In this document: positions 57,723 to 64,000 of the stretch, piece by piece | How the letters are laid out: every line of letters begins with the position of its first letter | How positions within the stretch are numbered: position 1 is the stretch's first letter | DNA from: Candidatus Onthoplasma faecipullorum | GTDB lineage: Bacteria > Bacillota > Clostridia > Christensenellales > UBA1242 | Assembly (NCBI GenBank): GCA_019120295.1 | Contig: DWVI01000005.1 | Location: 955-64,954 of the forward strand | DNA: 64,000 nt | Reading direction: 5' to 3' | Position numbers and translations under genes: made by a program | Notes under the pieces: model-generated | Database searches by the model: none | What the model was told of the DNA's origin: nothing | The model's input: only the letters and a program-made list of their open reading frames with translations

Positions 57723-58682
57723 TTAAACTAAAAGTTTAGTTATGCAAATTGTGTCGATTATCTCGTCTGTGGTGCAACCGCGAGATAGGTCGTTTACTGG
57801 TTTATTAAAGTTTAGCATTATTGGACCGATTGCTTTATATCCGCCTAAACGGGCAACCAATTTATATGCAATGTTTCCAACATTTAAGTCTGGGAAAATA
57901 AGGACGTTTGCTCTTCCGCCGACTTCTTCGCTCACGCCTTTTCGTTTTGCTGTGTCTAAGTCTAGTGCACTATCGGCTTGCATTTCGCCGTCAATATAAT
58001 AATTCGATTTTGATTTTGCCATATTTGTGGCATTAACCACCTTATCAACCATTTCGCTTTTTGCACTGCCCTTTGTTGAGTATGATAGCATTGCAACGCG
58101 TGGAGTTAAACCTACCACCTTGTCCATAAACTCGGCGCTAGAAATAGCGATTTCTGAAAGTTGCTCGCTTGTTGGGTTTTCATTTAGTGAAATATCTGCA
58201 AAAACGAGTGGTTCAACTCCGTCTTTAACCATAAGCATTGCACCAACAACCAATTTTTTATCTGGTTTGGTTTTTATTATTTGAAGTGCTGGGCGAAGCG
58301 TGTTTGCAGTTGACCAAACAGCGCCCGCCACCACGCCGTCTGCCATATTGTTTTTAACTAGCATCATAGAAAAATAATCGGCTTGTTTGATTAATTTGTT
58401 GGCTTCTTCAATAGTCATGCCTTTATGTTTTCTAAGTTCATAAAGTTGAGTAGCAAACTCATTTATTTTATCAAATTTTTCAATATCAATAATTTTGCAA
58501 TGTTTAGTTTTAAAAGTGTCACCAAACTCATTATCTTTTCCAAAAACAATTATATCGGACAAATTGTTTTTTAAAACATATTCACACGCGTCGTACACTC
58601 TTTTATCAATATTGGCTTCTGGTAAAATAATGGTTGAAATTTTACTTTTTGCTTTTTTTCTTATCTCTTGTATTAACGACAT
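57723..58682 (-). CDS. pta: Phosphate acetyltransferase (short form)
   Basis: 319-aa PTA_PTB family protein (ILPEANIDKRV, ADGVVAGA, GPIMLNFNKPVNDLSRG) adjacent to ackA. Confidence 0.85.
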   Translation of the reverse strand: MSLIQEIRKKAKSKISTIILPEANIDKRVYDACEYVLKNNLSDIIVFGKDNEFGDTFKTKHCKIIDIEKFDKINEFATQLYELRKHKGMTIEEANKLIKQADYFSMMLVKNNMADGVVAGAVWSTANTLRPALQIIKTKPDKKLVVGAMLMVKDGVEPLVFADISLNENPTSEQLSEIAISSAEFMDKVVGLTPRVAMLSYSTKGSAKSEMVDKVVNATNMAKSKSNYYIDGEMQADSALDLDTAKRKGVSEEVGGRANVLIFPDLNVGNIAYKLVARLGGYKAIGPIMLNFNKPVNDLSRGCTTDEIIDTICITKLLV

Positions 58683-59478
58683 CTTTAACTCCTAATAACT
58701 CCTTTATCTCTTTAATGTGTTTTCTTGTTTCAGTCATACCTTTATTAATAGATTTTTTTGCATTTTCGCTTCTAAAATCCATTTGGCTAATATGTGGTTG
58801 ACTAATTTCTATTCTAATATCTGCATCTTGCTTACGATTTTTAATTACATTGGTTGTCATTAATGTGCAGGCGTTAATAATCGTTTCTAGCGATTTTATA
58901 CGCATTTTTTCAATTTGTTTTGCGTACTCACCAATAACGTCCACCGACACAATCACCGCATCAGGCATAAGTTTTCTAGCCACATCTTCGGCTAGATTGT
59001 TTACAAGCCCACCATCGCAATAATAATTATCGTCAAATTTAACGCGTGGAAAAACCCCCGGCATTGAAATGCTTGCAGTTACCGCTTGCACCACATCGCC
59101 TTTGTCAATATCCACTTCTCTACCAGTGTTCAATTCTGTTGCAACAGCCACAAACTTTATAGGAAGTTCTTCGATTTTTTTACCGCCCATTAATTTGGTT
59201 AATATCTTTGTAATTTTGCTTGTTCCTATAACATAATCTTTAAAAAGTGCGGTGTACAAATTTACATAACCAATGCTGTTAAATTTAAGCGCCATTTTTT
59301 CAAGGTCTGAGATATCGTTTCCGCACGCATAACCTGCGCCTATTAATGCGCCCATGCTTGTGCCAACGATTAAGTCTGGTTTCAAACCATTCTTTTCTAA
59401 CACTTTAAGTACACCAATATGCGCAAAGCCTTTAGCCGCTCCGCCACCTAAAACTAACGCAAACTTTTTCATATTCAC
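58642..59478 (-). CDS. Patatin-like phospholipase
   Basis: GGGAAKG oxyanion motif, GTSMG (GxSxG) nucleophile, and DGG near residue 155. Confidence 0.85.
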   Translation of the reverse strand: MNMKKFALVLGGGAAKGFAHIGVLKVLEKNGLKPDLIVGTSMGALIGAGYACGNDISDLEKMALKFNSIGYVNLYTALFKDYVIGTSKITKILTKLMGGKKIEELPIKFVAVATELNTGREVDIDKGDVVQAVTASISMPGVFPRVKFDDNYYCDGGLVNNLAEDVARKLMPDAVIVSVDVIGEYAKQIEKMRIKSLETIINACTLMTTNVIKNRKQDADIRIEISQPHISQMDFRSENAKKSINKGMTETRKHIKEIKELLGVKDVVNTRDKKKSKK

Positions 59479-59502
59479 CCCACGAGATTAATAATATTAT
59501 AT

Positions 59503-60579
59503 ATGATAAAAAGTAAAAAATCAAAGAAAAAAATATTATATCCTAATTTTTTTAAAAACTTTAAAAATAATTTAATAACCATGTTAGTATTGGTTGTTTG
59601 TTTTATTTTTATCACAAATCCCAGTTTATACGCAAAATCTTGCTTAAATGCAATCTCGGTTTGGGGTTTAAACGTTTTACCAATGTTACTACCCTTTTTT
59701 ATTTTTACTAGAATTATTGTTTCGCTTTGTCCGCCTAAAAAAAATGTATTGGACAGACCTTTTAAAAAAGCCTACCACACACCAGACGGAAGTTTTTTAA
59801 TTTTCTTTTTGAGCGTGATTTCAGGCTATCCTATGGGCGCCAAACTAATTTCAAATGTTTATGAAAATAAATACATTGATAACGACGACGCCTTAGCAAT
59901 GCTTTCATTTTGCTCAATTAGTGGACCAATGTTTATGATTGGAACGGTTGGTGTTAGTATATTTGGTTCGTATAAAGCAGGTTTAATTATACTAATTGCA
60001 AATGTGCTTGCTTGTTTAATTAACGGACTTATTTTTAGAAAAAAGAATAAAGAAGCATCAAGTAAAGACAACAAAATAGATAAAAACATAATTATTGAAG
60101 ATAAATTTAAGGGAGATAATAGTGTAACAAATAAAGGTGTTGAAGTTAATAATAGTAGCAATATTTTAGCAGATAGTGTGTATGACTCACTCAATTCAAT
60201 TTTATTAGTTGGTACGTACATTGTGCTAAGTTTCCTACTTATTGATTTACTTAAAAATATAGGTTTTATTTCGAATGTATCGAGCGGAATTTGTAGTGTG
60301 TTACACATAAAAGATAAACAAAATGTTGTGGAAAGTGCGTTGTCCGGGCTGATTGAAATAACACGTGGTAATATTGATTTAGCAACAACTAGTTTGAGTT
60401 TAGGTGCAAAAACAGTTATTTCAAGCGGACTTATTGGGTTTGGTGGGATAAGTGTGATAATGCAATCTACTGCTTTTATTAAAAATTTAAACTTACCTTT
60501 TAAAACTGTTGTAAAACAAAAAATAATGCAAGGAATTTTGGCAACAGTTTGCGCTTTACCATTTATGTTTATATTGTAG
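59503..60579 (+). CDS. ylbJ: Sporulation integral membrane protein YlbJ (nucleoside-recognition-domain family)
   Basis: Polytopic; the N-terminal AISVWGLNVLPMLLPFFIFTRIIV pattern is typical of YlbJ. Confidence 0.65.
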   Translation: MIKSKKSKKKILYPNFFKNFKNNLITMLVLVVCFIFITNPSLYAKSCLNAISVWGLNVLPMLLPFFIFTRIIVSLCPPKKNVLDRPFKKAYHTPDGSFLIFFLSVISGYPMGAKLISNVYENKYIDNDDALAMLSFCSISGPMFMIGTVGVSIFGSYKAGLIILIANVLACLINGLIFRKKNKEASSKDNKIDKNIIIEDKFKGDNSVTNKGVEVNNSSNILADSVYDSLNSILLVGTYIVLSFLLIDLLKNIGFISNVSSGICSVLHIKDKQNVVESALSGLIEITRGNIDLATTSLSLGAKTVISSGLIGFGGISVIMQSTAFIKNLNLPFKTVVKQKIMQGILATVCALPFMFIL

Positions 60580-60695
60580 ATATTGACATAAAAAATATTT
60601 GCGTTTTTATTTGACAAAGAACCATAATAATTTTATAATTATAATAAATAATTTTGTTTTAAAATGCTTTAAAATTTTACAATAGGAGAATTGTT

Positions 60696-61241
60696 ATGGT
60701 TAGTATGTATGAATTCACACATAAAGACAAACCATTTTTGAAAAAAGATATTGTGGCGCGCGTGCTTTTTGGTGTTGCGTTTTTGGTTGTGTTTATATGG
60801 CAATTTATTTTGCTCGTTGTTAATTACACTGCTGGCACCCTAACTGGCTTAATGATGGGCGTTGCAATATTTACTATGCTTACTTCACTTTTAATTGGAA
60901 TTGTTACTGCGTTATATGCTTATAGAAGTATTGTAACTGTCGGCGAGATAAACAAAAAAGGAACAGTGGTAAGAAGAGTTAATTTGCTTGGTCAAAACGC
61001 TAAAAAAGGTAGTTTTATAAAAATGTATAATGTGCTATCACAAATTTTGGCTGTTGTAATGCTTATGGTGTTTGCAAGTGGTTTAACTTATGCAATTTTA
61101 GAACTTGTTTACTACTCTACTCACTCATTCTATTTACCTGTTTTGCTACTTGTTACAATTAGCGGTTTTAATGGCGTTTATCACCTTCAAACTGAAATTC
61201 ACACAATAAGAGAAGTTGCTCACTACAATCGCGCATTTTAA
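60696..61241 (+). CDS. Four-TM membrane protein, unknown function
   Basis: Hydrophobicity pattern only. Confidence 0.45.
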   Translation: MVSMYEFTHKDKPFLKKDIVARVLFGVAFLVVFIWQFILLVVNYTAGTLTGLMMGVAIFTMLTSLLIGIVTALYAYRSIVTVGEINKKGTVVRRVNLLGQNAKKGSFIKMYNVLSQILAVVMLMVFASGLTYAILELVYYSTHSFYLPVLLLVTISGFNGVYHLQTEIHTIREVAHYNRAF

Positions 61242-61394
61242 AATAAAAATAAAAAATGGACTTACCTAGTCCGTTTTTTTAGCAATATAAAAATTAAAAT
61301 AAATTGTTTTTTAATTCTAACCTTTTGTTTTTCCCTAATTTAGATTAACTTTTAAATAAATAGCAACTCAAAACCTATAACACAATAAACACTT

Positions 61395-61940
61395 TTAATT
61401 TTCAATAATTTTGCTATATACATATTCGTACACGTTGGCGGCAAGTTCGCGCCATTTTTTACATGCTACTGTCGCATTATGCCTTGTGTCCGTTTTAAGG
61501 GATAATGAAAAGATTGAGTCCGTAGTTAAAGGTTCTAGAATTTTAAGGTCAACTGTGTAACTTCCGTCTTCATTTTTGTATGACTTTGCGATGTATTCTT
61601 GATTGCGTTTGAATTGGAGTTTGTTTTCTTGTGCAAATTGCGCTATTTTATCACGCAAACTTGCTGGAATACGGGTGTAAAACTGAGAAAGGCATTCCCT
61701 TCCTGCAACAGTTATATTATAACGGCTTTCGTCGCTATCCGTGCTTGGTTTGTAAACAAATTTTGACGCAATTAGTTGCGACAATAAATCTTTACAGTCC
61801 ATCCAATTCACCCAATTATTTTGGCTGGAACAAATCTCCAAAATGGAGTTTTCGGTTAGCGGAATTTCCATTTTATCTAAAACATATAGAAGAATAAGTT
61901 TATTTACCGTATTATCTGGCACAAAATCCATAATATTCAC
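61395..61940 (-). CDS. DUF4364-like protein (winged-helix-like N-terminus)
   Basis: 181 aa. The N-terminal KLILLYVLDKMEIPLTENSILEI pattern resembles the DUF4364 family common in Clostridia. Called from memory of the family. Confidence 0.45.
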   Translation of the reverse strand: MNIMDFVPDNTVNKLILLYVLDKMEIPLTENSILEICSSQNNWVNWMDCKDLLSQLIASKFVYKPSTDSDESRYNITVAGRECLSQFYTRIPASLRDKIAQFAQENKLQFKRNQEYIAKSYKNEDGSYTVDLKILEPLTTDSIFSLSLKTDTRHNATVACKKWRELAANVYEYVYSKIIEN

Positions 61941-62089
61941 CCTTTATCTTAAAATGTAAAATCAGGTATATTATACATCAATTAACAAAATAACACAACA
62001 AATTAAAGCACTAATATAACACATTTTGTTTGCAAATAATTTTGTTCGTGTGGTATAATATAGGCAATGAAACATAACAAAGGAGAAAT

Positions 62090-62791
62090 ATGAATAATCA
62101 AGTTGTGCATGATTTAATAAATTTCAACACCGCGTGCGACGAATTTGTAAACGGCAAGTATATTTTGGCAGACGTTAAGATTTCTTCACTTTTAAATATC
62201 ATTGCGGAAGACGAAAAACTAAGAAATATTGTTGCTTCCACCCTTGAAGATTATGATTTCAAAGAAAAGTTGATAAATGCCACAAAAAGTGAAGGTAATG
62301 GTTACGTTTTAATTCTTCCAACGGACGAAAAAGAGATTATAGCGTTTGTTTATAGTTTGTTTTACAGATTTAACAATAAAACTATTGATTTTTACGACTT
62401 TATTTCGCAATACTATAAATCAGACGACGAAAACCCAGGCAAAGAATTTTATAACTTTGCAAACGCCATTATTACCCCATTTAAAAATGCAATAAATAGC
62501 ATTTATTCAAAACGTCATGTTATCGTTGAAGCAGATGATTATCAAAAGAATTATTATAATAAATTAATTACGACTGTTAAACTTATTGTTAAAAATATTG
62601 ATAACTACAAATTAAAAATGAATGAAAAAGAAGAGTTCACTATGCTTTTAAATTCGTTATATCTCGCTAGTCAAAAGAATGATAAAAAATTGGTGTTTTC
62701 ACTTATGGTTGCTCTTGATTATTTCTCTAGATGTAATAAAAAAACACGAAACGCATATTTAATGCTTGAAGAATGTTTTACAACTAATTAG
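62090..62791 (+). CDS. Hypothetical cytoplasmic protein (233 aa)
   Basis: An ORF with an AAAGGAGA RBS; no motif recognised. Confidence 0.5.
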   Translation: MNNQVVHDLINFNTACDEFVNGKYILADVKISSLLNIIAEDEKLRNIVASTLEDYDFKEKLINATKSEGNGYVLILPTDEKEIIAFVYSLFYRFNNKTIDFYDFISQYYKSDDENPGKEFYNFANAIITPFKNAINSIYSKRHVIVEADDYQKNYYNKLITTVKLIVKNIDNYKLKMNEKEEFTMLLNSLYLASQKNDKKLVFSLMVALDYFSRCNKKTRNAYLMLEECFTTN

Positions 62792-62983
62792 AAATCGCCT
62801 TGAATGGCGTTTTTTAATTTTGAATAGTGCAAACTAAATAACGTTAAATTTTACTCGCATAGAATTCATGTTGATTTTATAAAGCAAACAATAATTTGTG
62901 AATTAGTTTTTATAAATCAGTAAAAAAAGAGTGATTTTAAAATAGACCACAAAAGTTTATTTCATTTACACTCTTTTTAATTT

Positions 62984-63475
62984 TTATTTTGCCTTCTTTG
63001 AAAATAGTAATGAAACTAATGTTAGCACAACAGCAAAACCTAGCAATAAATATGCTCCAACTGCTGGAGTTGTTGAAACTTCAACTCCTAATGCACCTGC
63101 TGAACCACACATTTGAACTAAGCCAACAAATGCAACTATCGCACAAACAAGGAACAAAATAAGTAAAATATTATTGATTAAGTTCATGCTGAATTTGAAT
63201 TTTAAAACTTTTAAGTTTCTTAAAATCATAACAACAGCAGAGATAATAAGCAAGCATGCTAGAACGATTGCAATAATAGTGAACACTTTATATAACGTGT
63301 AACCATCTTGCTCAATAACTGGTTCGGTTTTAATAATATCCCATGCATTAGAACTTGAGCCTTCTGAAGAATAATCGCCTGCTGAAAGTTTTGTTACCAT
63401 TTGGTTTAAACTTAAGAAAACAAAAGTTAAAATTCCCATTAATGCTGAACTTACTGCACCAATATATTTTCTCAT
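62984..63475 (-). CDS. Four-TM membrane protein, unknown function
   Basis: Hydrophobicity pattern only. Confidence 0.45.
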   Translation of the reverse strand: MRKYIGAVSSALMGILTFVFLSLNQMVTKLSAGDYSSEGSSSNAWDIIKTEPVIEQDGYTLYKVFTIIAIVLACLLIISAVVMILRNLKVLKFKFSMNLINNILLILFLVCAIVAFVGLVQMCGSAGALGVEVSTTPAVGAYLLLGFAVVLTLVSLLFSKKAK

Positions 63476-63648
63476 ACACCCTCCCTTTTTTAGTGTTATT
63501 AAATCTTAACATTTAAAAATTTTCAAGTCAAACAAAAATTAAAAAAAATCAAAATTTATTGATTTTTTTTATTAATTTATTACAATTTTTGATAATTTTC
63601 ACCTGTTTTTTTAATTTTGTAAGATTTTTATTCTAAATATATAAAATT

Positions 63649-64000
63649 TTATTTTTCACTTTTCATGAGAACTTTTGTAACTCCTAGTCCGTCACCTATA
63701 TTTAAAATTTTAGTTTCAAGATTTGGGTTTGTGGTGATTTCTTGAATATAATTTTTTAAGCCTTTTATCATTGACCTGCAACCTTTTGTTACCGGTATTT
63801 CACCTGTTACCATGCCATGGAAAAACAAATTGTCCGCCACCAGTGTGCCATTTTTATTTAACATGTTGAGTAAATACGGAAGATAATTTATATATTGACC
63901 TTTTGGTCCGTCTAAATAAATGAAATCATATTTATTTTCATTGTTTTGTAAAAATTCTTTTGCGTCCATATGATATAGTTTTATTTTTTTATCTAGTCCA
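63649..64000 (-). CDS. Class I SAM-dependent O-methyltransferase (family 3, YrrM-like); the N-terminus is outside the window
   Basis: The frame stays open upstream of the listed Met, up to position 64000 (...GLDKKIKLYHMDAKEFL). The FIYLDGPKGQY and LVADNLFFHG motifs are typical. Confidence 0.65.
   Translation of the reverse strand, partial: GLDKKIKLYHMDAKEFLQNNENKYDFIYLDGPKGQYINYLPYLLNMLNKNGTLVADNLFFHGMVTGEIPVTKGCRSMIKGLKNYIQEITTNPNLETKILNIGDGLGVTKVLMKSEK

Noticed and set aside
59859-60617. A 252-aa minus-strand ORF
   Set aside because: It is an antisense shadow of ylbJ. It has no RBS, its composition mirrors the sense-strand membrane protein, and the ylbJ frame has the recognisable family motifs.

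Overview
This is an AT-rich chromosomal segment from an endospore-forming Firmicute (Clostridia-like). All calls come from reading the sequence and recognising motifs; no database search was possible. Almost all host genes lie on the minus strand. They include the spoIIAA-spoIIAB-sigF operon, a complete spoIIIAA-AH operon, ytfJ and a DD-carboxypeptidase. Housekeeping genes are plsC, an S1-domain protein, rluB, proS, xseAB, nusB, asp23, pyk, rnr, smpB, rpmF, ackA-pta and ylbJ. There are two very large secreted proteins: a GLUG-repeat protein truncated at the window start, and a 2232-aa S8 protease with about 20 MBG repeats. RNA genes not in the ORF track are tmRNA (ssrA, 34100-34451), RNase P RNA (rnpB, about 55066-55416) and seven tRNAs (Thr-GGT; Tyr, Thr-TGT, Phe, Asp, CAT-anticodon, Pro). 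The one clear accessory region is a 12.7-kb plus-strand insertion (34493-47240). It sits between smpB and the intact ssrA promoter and is bounded by perfect 25-bp direct repeats. Its genes fit an integrated filamentous (inovirus-like) ssDNA phage: a Zot/pI-like P-loop ATPase, an HUH rolling-circle Rep with a Y-x-x-K-Y motif, two unannotated small hydrophobic coat-like ORFs, three N-terminally anchored proteins including a 965-aa adhesin-like protein, two hairpin-rich non-coding regions (one with a cluster of DnaA-box-like 9-mers), and an IS481-like DDE transposase as the only recombinase. Smaller observations are a cardiolipin-synthase-like protein with both HKD motifs degenerate, helically phased T-tracts inside the spoIIIA operon, a tRNA-Thr with C at position 55, and a GC-rich structured spacer next to ssrA.
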